Both the position numbers and the translations under genes were made by a program. A stretch of 63,401 bases of DNA, counting the filler, from Parasitella parasitica NRRL 2501 (taxonomy: Eukaryota > Fungi > Mucoromycota): NCBI GenBank assembly GCA_025201805.1. It is 8 parts of 7 records of this genome, joined end to end, with 100 filler letters (N's around TTAATTAATTAA, not from the genome) between each part and the next. Parts side by side here need not be neighbours in the genome. Positions count along the whole stretch, not along the records: positions 49,256 to 53,581 come from MU619533.1; positions 53,682 to 55,606 come from MU619589.1; positions 55,707 to 59,390 come from MU619538.1; positions 59,491 to 60,975 come from MU619329.1; positions 61,076 to 62,215 come from MU619672.1; 3 more parts are not named here. The stretch is one strand, 5' to 3'. Every line of letters begins with the position of its first letter. Position 1 is the stretch's first letter. The notes below the pieces were generated by a model that was given only the letters and a program-made list of their open reading frames with translations, made no database searches and was not told the origin of the DNA. Shown piece after piece: positions 50,387 to 62,315 of this stretch.

Positions 50387-52030
50387 CATATTATTAATTA
50401 AACATATTATTAATTAGAACGGAGTATACAGCTAAAAAATCGCCTTTTTTGGATTTCGAATCTCCTAATTTGGTTGATTTAAGCTATTTCGCCCGACTTT
50501 CAACATGATTTACTCTGCTGAAAGAGCTCTTATTTCAAATCAAAATACATGACCATTTATTTCACGCTTTGTTGCATACGCAAATATTTTTTTTATAGTT
50601 TTCTAAAGCTTCTATATATTTTTAACTAGTTATTGAAAATGAGATATACTTAATTTAACGCCGACTTCTCAAAAATTGGAAACTTGAATGGGAATTACAA
50701 AACCAAACAAAGCATTTATACACTCTATTCCTCGCTGGATTGTGTTTATTTTGCTGTGTTCTTGTGTACTTGTAAAAAGTATAAATAGCAGATGCAATTT
50801 CGATCTTAAATAAAGTATCTTCAAGTTTTCGTATCTCGTTAACATTTGGTTTTTTATTATCTTTTTTAACTCAACAGCAGCATTACAAAATTCACTTTTT
50901 ACAATCATAATAACACATGATACTCTCTGCGGCAGTTCAGTGCGTCAGAGGAGATGGCAAAGCCAGTGGGTCAGCTTTCCTCTTTTTTCGAGGGGAAGAA
51001 GAAGGGGGAAGGGCGTAATTAAGCAAAAAGAGTACAGAACGGTACAACGACGAAGATAGGAGAATTTCCTTCTCCTTGGTATAGAGGTGCGGGTTTTTTG
51101 TGAAATTTGTAGCAAGGTTGTGGAAAGATCACTTGCAGTAAACAACAGACTAAATTCGACTGTTTTGTTGCTATTTAAGTGCATGTTATATAGAATAATG
51201 ACTAANNNNNNNNNNNNNNNNNNNNNNNNNNNNNNNNNNNNNNNNNNNNNNNNNNNNNNNNNNNNNNNNNNNNNNNNNNNNNNNNNNNNNNNNNNNNNNN
51301 NNNNNNNNNNNNNNNNNNNNNNNNNNNNNNNNNNNNNNNNNNNNNNNNNNNNNNNNNNNNNNNNNNNNNNNNNNNNNNNNNNNNNNNNNNNNNNNNNNNN
51401 NNNNNNNNNNNNNNNNNNNNNNNNNNNNNNNNNNNNNNNNNNNNNNNNNNNNNNNNNNNNNNNNNNNNNNNNNNNNNNNNNNNNNNNNNNNNNNNNNNNN
51501 NNNNNNNNNNNNNNNNNNNNNNNNNNNNNNNNNNNNNNNNNNNNNNNNNNNNNNNNNNNNNNNNNNNNNNNNNNNNNNNNNNNNNNNNNNNNNNNNNNNN
51601 NNNNNNNNNNNNNNNNNNNNNNNNNNNNNNNNNNNNNNNNNNNNNNNNNNNNNNNNNNNNNNNNNNNNNNNNNNNNNNNNNNNNNNNNNNNNNNNNNNNN
51701 NNNNNNNNNNNNNNNNNNNNNNNNNNNNNNNNNNNNNNNNNNNNNNNNNNNNNNNNNNNNNNNNNNNNNNNNNNNNNNNNNNNNNNNNNNNNNNNNNNNN
51801 NNNNNNNNNNNNNNNNNNNNNNNNNNNNNNNNNNNNNNNNNNNNNNNNNNNNNNNNNNNNNNNNNNNNNNNNNNNNNNNNNNNNNNNNNNNNNNNNNNNN
51901 NNNNNNNNNNNNNNNNNNNNNNNNNNNNNNNNNNNNNNNNNNNNNNNNNNNNNNNNNNNNNNNNNNNNNNNNNNNNNNNNNNNNNNNNNNNNNNNNNNNN
52001 NNNNNNNNNNNNNNNNNNNNNNNNNNNNNN

Positions 52031-52673
52031 CAGCTGGAATTGATATACATCCTCAAACGCTATCGATATATATGCTGACAGACACGGCTTTGGGTCATAT
52101 TCCCCAGCATCTCTACCAATGCTGAAACCCAAGCAAATCGAAAAAAGACTTGCTTGGGCCAAAGAAAAGGTTAATTGGACAGCTGAACAATGGCAGAATG
52201 TCATTTGGTCCGATGAATCTAAATTCAACGTTAATGGCAGCGATGGAAGGGTCCGAGTGATTTAAAAAGAAGGCGAAAGGTTCTCTCCAAACCATGTTCA
52301 AAAGACTGTGAAGTTTGGGAATGGTTCAGTGATGATTTGGGGTTGTTTCTGAGCTGGGGGTTTGGGTCCTATTGTAACCATGAAAGGGAGAATCAATCAA
52401 GACGCTTTTGTTAATTAATTCTTTGTCCAACCACTTCCTCCCATTGTTGCAGGAATTGAGTCTTGAACATTCCAAGGAATTTATATTCCAAGAAGACGGT
52501 GCCTCTTGCCATAATATTGGGAAGTATGCAACCTGGTATACAGTAAGCTCAAATCTTATACGATTATATTGATATTTCACTAAAGTTTTTTCAATCAAAA
52601 AATATTTCAAAACTTGAATTTAATTTCTGAGACCAAAAAGTAAAAAAGGACGGTGACTTATCTTTACCCACGG
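52031..52673 (+). mobile_element. Tc1/mariner transposon remnant (broken DDE transposase and probable right TIR)
   Basis: KRLAWAKEKVNWTAEQWQNVIWSDESKFN, TVKFGNGSVMIWGCF*, FIFQEDGASCH, with internal stops and truncation before the catalytic Glu. The element ends in ...CTTTACCCACGG-TA. Confidence 0.85.
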
Positions 52674-53681
52674 TATATTTTAAATCTACTATTTCTGTAT
52701 GAATACATTACATCTTCTTGCGAATACTAGATATATTTATTTTGCTATTCCAAGATTGAATGACGATTTAAACTAGTGTATGTTTTGAAGGTATTTATAG
52801 TTATTTGACAGTGCCGCAGCAATAGGACCATGATCTAGGATGAGGGATAATTGTGTACACCTTGAACCAATCCCTAGGAGCTTGGTGGATAAGAGTTTCC
52901 GAGTCACCAGTAAGACAAGAGCATAGATCCGTATAAAGGATAGAATGTTGTTCCTAGTAGCTTTGATGGGAAAACATTCATCAGGATTTAACACTGACCT
53001 CAAGAACCAAATGCAATAAAATTGGGATCAATTTTATGTGAAAATAAAAAAAATAAAAAAAATAAAGCCAGAGAAATACAATTATAGTCTTTCCACCTTT
53101 ATTTTCGATTAAAAGAAAATTGAAGAAAAGATACATGATCTTTAAGAGAGCTTGTATTTATACTACTTGTAAAATTGCCTCGCTACAGTGAGAATGCTTA
53201 TTTTACAGTTTATTTGAAGAATGACTTTTGTTGACATTCTCTCACTTGTATTCACCATGGCGAAAAAAAATGATAAATCTTGATCATTTTTGACGAATTT
53301 GTCAGTGTATTGATTGTTTTGTCAATAATGACAAATTTAAGCAGAAGAAAATTAACCTTTGATCGTTTTGTGTCAATTTGTTTTTTTTTTCCACTTGATT
53401 TAATTTTTTGGACCTGTTTTTTAAATAAAAAATAGCTGTAAAATATCTAAAATATTTCAAAATCATTGAAGACACAAATTCACTGATAAATCAATCATCA
53501 ATGATTGAATTTTTGAATCTATTATCAATGAGCTCTATTTTTTTAAGTTTAGAAATGCCTTTATAAATAAATTAAACGTCTNNNNNNNNNNNNNNNNNNN
53601 NNNNNNNNNNNNNNNNNNNNNNNNNTTAATTAATTAANNNNNNNNNNNNNNNNNNNNNNNNNNNNNNNNNNNNNNNNNNNN

Positions 53682-55606
53682 ATTCGTATCTGATACAATC
53701 ATATAATATATTTGCAGTAAATCAGCAAGCGTAGTACTTGTAGGAATTGATATAGTGCAGATGTAGCAGTGCGTATACATCATTACCCCCTGCCAAATTC
53801 CTAGAGGATAACAAGTACGGAGGTCGAGAAAAAAAAAGAAAACCGATGATAGAAGATAACCAGAAGTAGACAATCCAAAGATGAGAAGCAAGCAAAGAGG
53901 ATACCGGTACCAAAAGAAAAAAGAAAACCATTACAGGAGCCAAAAAAAATAAAAGATAGATATGCTTGAGATGGATCGAGACAATTTGGAGAACATGACT
54001 GTAGCAGATCGAATAAAAACCTTGAAAAAAAACCATACAGGCCAAAAAAAAAAAAAAAAAAAAAGCAAGGAAAAGATCTCTACTGTTCTTGATTGTGAAT
54101 TCTAGAATTCGAGCGTACTGGAAAGCGTGGCTTTGGAGTTGGGCCTGCGTGAGCACGGCGACGATGCAATTTACGCTTGTTGACAGTGTTGGGCAACAAT
54201 CGACTGTCACGATTGCCTTGAGGAGAGATGCGATGCCAGTAATCATTGATAGGCTTTTTAGAATCAAAATCAGATTCCTCTTGCCAAGTATTGTCACTTT
54301 TATCAGGGTAGCCAACCCAATTAACGAGATATTGTATAGCACCTGTCTGTTTGTCAACGCGATGCGCTACAATAGCCTGAACTTCATAGTGATTGTCACG
54401 TAATTCGTTGGTGATATGATTATCAGCAGAATCAATCAAACAAATATGTTGAGTCGACACATCACGAGGCAACAATTCCCCAGTTATGTCAGCCAAGACA
54501 TAACTGCCATGTCGAGTATAATTCTTAATGAAATACGGACCAAGCCAACGGGGCTCCAGTTTCGACGATTTGGTAACATTAAGAATCATCACTTTCGAAT
54601 TGATGGGATACTTATCATGAACAATTTTGTGTTTAGCTTCAAAACGAGCATGATCAAGCAACTGGGTTTCCTTAATTCGTTTGTGAATAGCAGGAATAAC
54701 GACTAATTTAACAAATTTCAATCGCTTGTCAACAACAACACTATCAGGCTGAGCAATAGTAGATGGAGAGGGATCGTTCGAGTAATCTTGGAACATATTA
54801 GGAGCTCGAGCGAACATAACAGAAAAAGGTTGAGACTTGTGCAGACGAGCATATTGAATATTCATAGCATATTGAACAACATCTAAATATTCATCCCAAG
54901 CCTCAGGTTCAAGAGCATCATGGGTTAGAGATTTGATAATGGCACGTTTGGAAATGCCCATGAACGCCTCACATAAACCGTTGCCAGTAGGAGTATAAGG
55001 ATTAGCAGTGAGACGATCTATACCACTAAGTTCGAGAAACTCTCTGATGAAAGTTGAGACAAATTCGTTGCCATTGTCAGATGTAATTTGACGAGGCCAT
55101 CCAAATAAGCAACACACCTTAAGCAAGGCTCTTGCAACAGTAACAGGGCTTTTATCTGGTATTGCACGCAGAATAGTAAACCGACTGAAATAATCAACAA
55201 TGACCAATAAATAATTATTGCCAGATGTTGATGTCGTAGCAAAGTCTCCAAGATCCACAGCAATGTGATCAAAGACATTATCGGGAAGAGCACTTCGTGG
55301 GGGATGGTATCCAACCTTAAAAATACCATGAGATTGACAGGCATGACAGTCCTTCAATACTTTGCTAATATCATCACGCATATTCGTCCAATGCACATGA
55401 TAATCGTTATGCAAAATCTTTTCAATGGAATTGATGCCAACATGACCCAACAAATGTACACGCAAAATGAGCTCTAAGCGATCAGCTTTAGGGGGAGTCA
55501 TGTAATCGGTATACCTCATTGCCCGTGCAATTAAAGCTCTACCAGTGTTTGCCGTGTCGACATTATTGCTATCAATATCAAGATTATCCGATGAACCTTG
55601 ATGGGA
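53682..55606 (-). mobile_element. Ty3/gypsy chromovirus 3' part: integrase plus chromodomain (stop at 54080), PPT and start of the 3' LTR
   Basis: HHCC (HLLGH...CHAC), D-D-E (VDLG, SDNG, CEAF), GPY and a chromodomain YEVQAIVAH...YLVNWVGY...TWQEE. PPT GGCAGGGGGTAA directly precedes TGATGTATAC at 53782. Confidence 0.92.
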
Positions 55607-55706
55607 NNNNNNNNNNNNNNNNNNNNNNNNNNNNNNNNNNNNNNNNNNNNTTAATTAATTAANNNNNNNNNNNNNNNNNNNNNNNNNNNNNNNNNNNNNN
55701 NNNNNN

Positions 55707-58608
55707 CTAAGTTAGATATGACATATGTAGCCTTTATATGGATACAACAGTTATGAAGAAGCAATCCTCAAGAGCGCAACGTCCAAATCGTATGGAGGAT
55801 TCAAACCTAGAAGAGACCGTGGCAGAGGCTCGAACAGAGGTTCACGACGAGGACAGTTTTTTGGCAGGGGCCGTGGTCGAGGTTTCACCCCACCGACAAA
55901 GGATGACCACCATCAGTCAACGCCCAACAACCAGTGAGACTAAAAACACCAGTAATAGATCAAAAAATCCAAAAACAGCAAAAAATAAAAAACAACAAAA
56001 AAAAACAAACAGTGAACAACAACAAACAAACAATAATCAACAACAATCATTATACAATCCCCACAGACGGAATAGCCCCAGGGGGGCGTCTGCAGCACTT
56101 CCTGCAAAACTGGAAGAAGATCACGACACATCGATGGCCCTTGTCTGTTATCAGCCAAGGGTACTAGATCCAATTTCAGTCCACGCCAATCCCTTGGAAG
56201 AGCAAGAACCGGACACTCAACCCAACATTGGACCCAATTGTAGAGCAATTTTTGGAGCCAAAGGTGATCGAAGTATCACCCGATCAAGACTCTCGTTTTC
56301 TGTCAAAATTGTTCACAGTCCAGGAACTAAACAAGCTTCGACCTATCTTGGATTGTCGCAGAATAAACCAACACATCCAGGTTCAGCATTTCAAGATGGA
56401 GGGAGTACCTGCGTTACGCCAATTGATCCAACAAGAAGATTACGTAGTAAAAATCGACCTGGAGGATGCATATGTAGTGGTTCCAATCCATTTCCAGTTG
56501 AGAAAATACTTATCCTTCGAGCACAGAGGTATTGTATACCGTTACTCGTTGTTAGTGTTTGGGATGAGCTACTCTCCATTGGTTTTCGCCAAGCTGACTC
56601 GTTTTGCCTTATAATCCCTCCGCCAAGAGGGTATAAGGATGGCCAACTACTTGGACGATACTTGCATCCTGGGCAGAACAAGAAAAGAATGTCAATTGAA
56701 TGCCGAGAGAGTGGTGAAACATCTTCAGGACCTTGGTTTTATTATCAATTTCCAGAAGAGCAATCTGGAACCAGCACATGTCCAAGACTTCCTGGGCTTC
56801 ACTTTCAACACCCTCAAGTTGAAGATCAGTGTACACCACAGAAAAAGATGCACAATCGTTTCTCTCGAATAAAGCAGTTACGGAACTCACCGAAAGACAA
56901 GTCATGTCGATGAATTGCAGGGATTATTGGGAAGATGACAGATATGCTACCAGCCATCGGCGAAGCGTTACTACATCCACGATTTTTGCAAAGAGATCTC
57001 GCGCGAAACCTTCGTTCAAACAACTTCAATTGGGAAAAGGTTCATGCCCTCTTTCACAACGCGCATTTGGAGACCTAGACTGGTGGGACAAGACAGCTAC
57101 CATAAAGGATCGTCTACCGCTGAGAGAGCAGCAAGAGCATCAACCTCCTGCAATAACTATCCATTGCGACGCTTCCGACTCCGGATGGGGAGTCGCCTCT
57201 TCCCAGATCCAAAAAGCAGGTTTCTGGCCCACAGCCAAAAAAGAAGATTCATCAATGTGAGGGAACTGAAGACAGTAAAATTCGCTCTTTTCCTGCATGC
57301 AAGAGAATTCGAGGGAAACACTTACAAATCTTCACCAACAACACCACCGCCGTAAAATACGCCATGAGATCAGGCGGTACAGCATCAGTAGCCCTCCAAG
57401 ATCTCGCGATAGAAATCCAAGAGATTATCCATCGGAACAACATTCATATGAAGTTCCATCATATACTAGCAGGCAAGAACAACACAACAGCGGATTCCCT
57501 GAGCAGACGAGAAAAACCGCTATACGAATGGAAACTCCCCAGGAGATTTTTCAAGATGCTGGAAACTCGATGGGGTCTACTAAAGGTCGACGCATTTGCT
57601 TCGAGAGAGAACAGATAAACAAGGGAGTTTTGGTGTTATCTCCCCAACCCAGAGGCAGCAGCGACAGATGCGTTTCAACAAGATTGGCACCGGAAGGGAC
57701 TATATTTTCACCCACCATGGCAATTAATACCAAGAGTGGTCCACAAGGTGCAAGAGGACAAGGTTACCAAGGTCATCTTAGTCACACCGAATTGGCCAAT
57801 GGTTCTGAATCTGAGCAGGTCACCCCCAATCAAGCTAGAAGTGTCAAGGAAGTGGACCTTGATCGCTTGGCAATTATCCGGGAATACCGAGGTGATGAGA
57901 TAAAGGAAGCAGTTTCTGAGTACCTCCATTCAGCGAACCGAACAGGTACTCATAAACAGTATGATGGTTTGTGGAAGCAATGGGCATCGTGGTGCCACGG
58001 AAGACAGTAGAGTCCTCGAGAATACAACCCTACAAGAATTGTAGAATATTTATTCTCTCGAAACTAAGATGCATATTCTACATTGAATTCAGCAAGATCA
58101 GCCATTGCATCTGTATTCAAAATTATTTATCCAACCAAACCACCTATAGCTTCTCCTCAACTCATAGTGGATTTCTTCAGTGCCAAGAAACGAAGATCTC
58201 CAAAATTGCCTAATAAGGACCAAGAAACGTTTGACATAACCTTAATTACAAACTATATTCTGTCTTGGGGAAATACAGGAACTTTGTCCTTATTTCAACT
58301 GCAACAAAAGGCTTTGTTGTACCTACTGACGGTTTCAACTATGTGGCGTCCTAGGTCAGACATCGGTACAATTCAAGGGAAATATCTTGAATTCATTATC
58401 AAGGATTCCGTACTCAAGGGCCTTACTGTTATCAGCCGGGCTCCTAAGGAAATCACGCCAAAGAAATCGAAGCTTGGGGTTCTTGACGAGGAAGTGGTTT
58501 GCCCAGTCAAGACTTTGTTTGAATTTGTCGCTCGTTCAAGAAATTTGCGTTGTAATCTCCCAGAAGACCAGACTTTATTCTTAGCCAACATTGAGGATGC
58601 ATCCTCAT
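55707..58608 (+). mobile_element. DIRS-type tyrosine-recombinase retrotransposon, degenerate (RT, RNase H, methyltransferase-like domain, YR)
   Basis: RT: LRPILDCR, KIDLEDAY, FGMSYSP, YLDD. RNase H: CDASDSGWG, INVREL, ADSLSR. MT: VDAFAS...DAFQQDW...YFHPPW...LVTPNWP. Overlapping YR: MWRPRSDIG, RAPKE, CPVKTL. Many frameshifts. Confidence 0.9.
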
Positions 58609-58738
58609 TGATGTATATTTCAGATATTTCAATACAATAAAAAGAAACTTGTGATGATTCACAGCTTTCAACCGTATTCGAACAATAAAAGAAGTATCTG
58701 GTTTATTATGATATAAACACAGGGTATTTATATCTTCA
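58609..58738 (+). repeat. LTR-like insertion truncating the DIRS recombinase
   Basis: YR homology ends abruptly at TGATGTATA, the same 9-mer that starts the chromovirus LTR at 53782. It contains AATAAAA and GTATCTGGTTT like the 20840 LTR. The right boundary is uncertain. Confidence 0.45.
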
Positions 58739-59490
58739 ATTATTTACTACTACGGGTGAGATAGTAGCTGCAACAACCAATAGATTAATACGATAGTATG
58801 TTGTTGTCACTGTTGATAAACGAATAGAAAATACACCGTGTTAGCACTGTCAATTGGTTTGATATGTTTCATTGTTGATGTTGATCCAAAAATATATATG
58901 AGCTGATGTAACATATCAAATATAGTTTGTTTGCACTTTGAAATTTGAGCAAGTCCGCCTATATTGTTGATGTCATGGCAGCTGAGACATTGCGTTATCC
59001 AGTGTCAGTTGATGAGATATTATACTGATATATACGAATAATTGCTATGCAAAAATATATATAGTTATAATTGACAGATAGTATGTTTGCCGACTGTAAA
59101 AACAAAGAGATACTATTCAATAATATAAAGTTCGTATAAAAGGACTAGTTCTCTGTAATATAAATAAAAATACACTAGAGAGGAATGTATGTAAAATAAC
59201 GTAAAGTTAAGTTTACGAGAGAAAAAGGTTGTTTATTATCAATGTTGACATATGCAAAGCATATGCAATTTGCAGTAAGATCGATCAATTACTATATAAA
59301 GATGTGTAACCAAAAATGTACACTACAGCTACCTGCACATATCAATACTGATTCCTATCGGATACAATCATGTAATATATTCGCAGTAAANNNNNNNNNN
59401 NNNNNNNNNNNNNNNNNNNNNNNNNNNNNNNNNNTTAATTAATTAANNNNNNNNNNNNNNNNNNNNNNNNNNNNNNNNNNNNNNNNNNNN

Positions 59491-59590
59491 CTCCAATTTA
59501 CACAAGCGTATCACATCACATCATTGGACAATCTTCAATCTTCAATTGAAGTACATTGCCATGATCTCCTGTCTATAATTATGGCAGATC
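59491..59590 (+). repeat. Dispersed ~300-bp repeat, copy C (3' third, cut by contig edge)
   Basis: Near-identical to 32243-32341. Confidence 0.85.
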
Positions 59591-60227
59591 AGAAACAGAT
59601 CCTTTAAAATTGGAGTCTTTACAAATAAAGCGGGATGTTTGCACTCGTGTAAGACAAAGAAAGTATTTCCCAAACGGTTATTATATTTTTTTTGCAAATG
59701 CTATTGTGGATTTCAAATTCTTTGGATTGAGAAGTCTTGTACCTGCTCATCGCCAAAGGGCCATATAAGGTAGCAACGAAAATCTAGGTACACTAAAACT
59801 ATGTGCATTAAACCAAAACCATTATATGTTAATTGATTACCACACATGAATCGAGTTAATGAATACTTCTGACATATATTCTGATCTATCTTCAAAAGAC
59901 AACGTGGCATGAAGACCGTATGAAAATAAATGCAAAAAGGCCTGGTCAACATTCGAGTATAAGATTATACTCTCCAATGTGCTTGAGCTACCAATTCAAA
60001 CTTTAAACAGTCTTTTGAAATGATTTACGGTTTTAATGAGACTTTTTTGTCAAAATTATTTATGTCTCGTCGATGATAAATGTAACATTATTTAATACGT
60101 TGTATACGTCCACCAAAGTAGCTATCGCGTACTTTTATAGGCACTTCTGCTTTATTAAATGTTCTCTGGATATTCAATGCAATATAAGATTTAATCTTAT
60201 TGTCAAGCAGATATATTTATGATAAAC

Positions 60228-60449
60228 TTAATTTTCCTCTGTACCAATGTAACATCTTGTAGTGCCAATAGGGTCAGATTCGTTTTGCGATGGAAGACAT
60301 ACGCGACCGGGGCAACATTTCTTCATGCCTTCGCCACATTTACCACCTTTGATCATACACCACTTGTTGGGTTTGTCATCAATGCTATCCCCGGAGACAA
60401 CGAAAGTGAGGATGGAAACAATTATAGCAATAAACAAGAAACACTTCAT
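60228..60449 (-). CDS. Small secreted cysteine-rich peptide with a knottin (ICK) Cys pattern
   Basis: Signal-like MKCFLFIAIIVSILTFVVSG, mature C-x6-C-x6-CC-x4-C-x14-C, and TATAAAA about 55 nt upstream of the ATG. Confidence 0.78.
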   Translation of the reverse strand: MKCFLFIAIIVSILTFVVSGDSIDDKPNKWCMIKGGKCGEGMKKCCPGRVCLPSQNESDPIGTTRCYIGTEEN

Positions 60450-61403
60450 GTTTGATTATTTGGATAAATAAAGGAAAAGCGAAATTAGAATATCTTGCCA
60501 TTTTATAATGTTTTTTTTTTTGTATAGATCAGCAAACTGCATCAGGTGACACGGCTAAAGGTGTTCATACAGCACTATGATGGACATTTGGCATTATAAC
60601 GTCAGCTCACTTGAGCATTGCCCAAGTATAAGTAAATTTGGTTGAATTCATGTATTCTCAACTTTTGCTTATTATAATTAACTATGCTGTTAACTAGGAA
60701 CTCTCCTCTTGCATAATACAGTAATAGCGGGCTACATAGTAAATGCCTGCTTAAAAGTGTAATGAGTAATAGTTTCTTGCTGTGGTTCAAAACTTCTACT
60801 TGGATGCGCAGACTCCCAACTTTCGCTGACAAAAGAGCGCCTTTAGAATTTCAATGTTAAATAATCGCACGATAAGCTAATGCTAAAGCATTATACACTA
60901 TTTTCACAAATTAAGTTCGCACTTTTGGAAAAAAAAAGTACGCAAAAAAAAATTATTATTTTTCGCGGAAGTTGANNNNNNNNNNNNNNNNNNNNNNNNN
61001 NNNNNNNNNNNNNNNNNNNTTAATTAATTAANNNNNNNNNNNNNNNNNNNNNNNNNNNNNNNNNNNNNNNNNNNNTAATTGCAAAACAAAAAATCTAGCC
61101 CTATACATGCAGTGTTATCGCTAATTTTGCAATGAATGTCTATCAATGGTTCAGTAGATGAACAGTATCAGCAATTAATATTTTTCTTGATTACGAATCA
61201 TCCCGTAGTGATTGATATATAGGCAAAATTACTGATGTTTTACCAGTGATTGATTTATCAATGCTGCTAATTGCTAATCGCAAGCGATTATCGTATTTAT
61301 CACTGGTCATGAATTTAGTCTTTGTGATAAAAGCATCACCAGTGATAAAATGGTTTATCACCAGTCATCCAGTAATACACCTAATCACTAGTCATTAGAA
61401 CTG

Positions 61404-62215
61404 ATGATGAATGTGAAAAAAAATAACACTGAAGTTAGCCATGGTGCTACTTTGGGAAATATAGCTGCAGATTGGTCAGATCGAATTGGATCTGAAATCC
61501 CCAAGATCGAGCCAAATCCTTATAAGCCAAATGAGGATCCATATGGATCTCAAGAAGAACGTGCAGCATTGATGGCAGAATTGCAGCCGTTTATTAATGC
61601 CAATGCTAGTATTAGCGCAAAGGCATATTGTAACATCCCTGGTAGTGAAATTACATTGCCTATTAAAAAAGGCACTCCACTTGCAAATACATGTCGCCGG
61701 CAATTTCCAATTGCAGAGGCATTAAGGCCTGTAATTCAGAAACAAATTGAAAAATGGCGAGACAATGGTGTCATTAAGAGAGCTAAACCAAATACAGTAC
61801 GCCTCATAATTCACCTATTTTTACCGTGCGTAAGAAAAACAGTGAGGGTGAATACACTGGAAAAAAACATCGTGTCGTAATTGACTGTCGGTTGATCAAT
61901 AATGCATTGAATCCCGAGAAACTCGAACGATTCCCACTTCCTTTGATCAGTGATCTGCATCGCAAGATGTCGAAGCACTCTCTCTACACCGCGGTCGACT
62001 TATCGCAATGTTTCCACGCTTTTAAAATTGCGAAGCGCTCACGTCCTTATCTAACATTTACAGATATGCAAGGATTGACTTGGTTCTTCTCTCACTGCCC
62101 ATACGGATTGACTATGGTCTCTTCGCACGCCCAGAAAATACTTTCTAATTTGTTTGCTGATCTAAGTGCACATTGTACACACTTTATTGATGATGTCACG
62201 ATACATACAGAAAAC
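61404..62215 (+). mobile_element. Ty3/gypsy reverse transcriptase fragment (frameshift near 61800)
   Basis: RQFPIA...IQKQIEKWRDNGVI, HRVVIDCRLIN, FPLPLISDL, AVDLSQCFH, CPYGL, FIDDV. Confidence 0.88.
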
Positions 62216-62315
62216 NNNNNNNNNNNNNNNNNNNNNNNNNNNNNNNNNNNNNNNNNNNNTTAATTAATTAANNNNNNNNNNNNNNNNNNNNNNNNNNNNN
62301 NNNNNNNNNNNNNNN

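Noticed and set aside
50945-52228. Long ORFs of 284-427 aa in the ORF track
   Set aside because: They are artefacts of translating through the N gap at 51206-52030.
52031-52673. Tc1 element as the carrier of the Fanzor remnant
   Set aside because: It lies on a different contig, with no shared termini or Fanzor sequence visible inside it.
53722-54357. 211-aa hydrophobic minus-strand ORF resembling an env-like gene after the integrase
   Set aside because: It overlaps the chromodomain in another frame, and its hydrophobicity comes from poly-T tracts in the 3' UTR.
18196-62315. Recurring TTAATTAATTAA palindrome flanked by Ns as a possible biological repeat or array
   Set aside because: It is a fixed 100-nt artificial scaffolding spacer with stops in all six frames. 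For the same reason, apparent clustering of Tc1, chromovirus, DIRS, gypsy and the knottin gene across spacers is not evidence of linkage.
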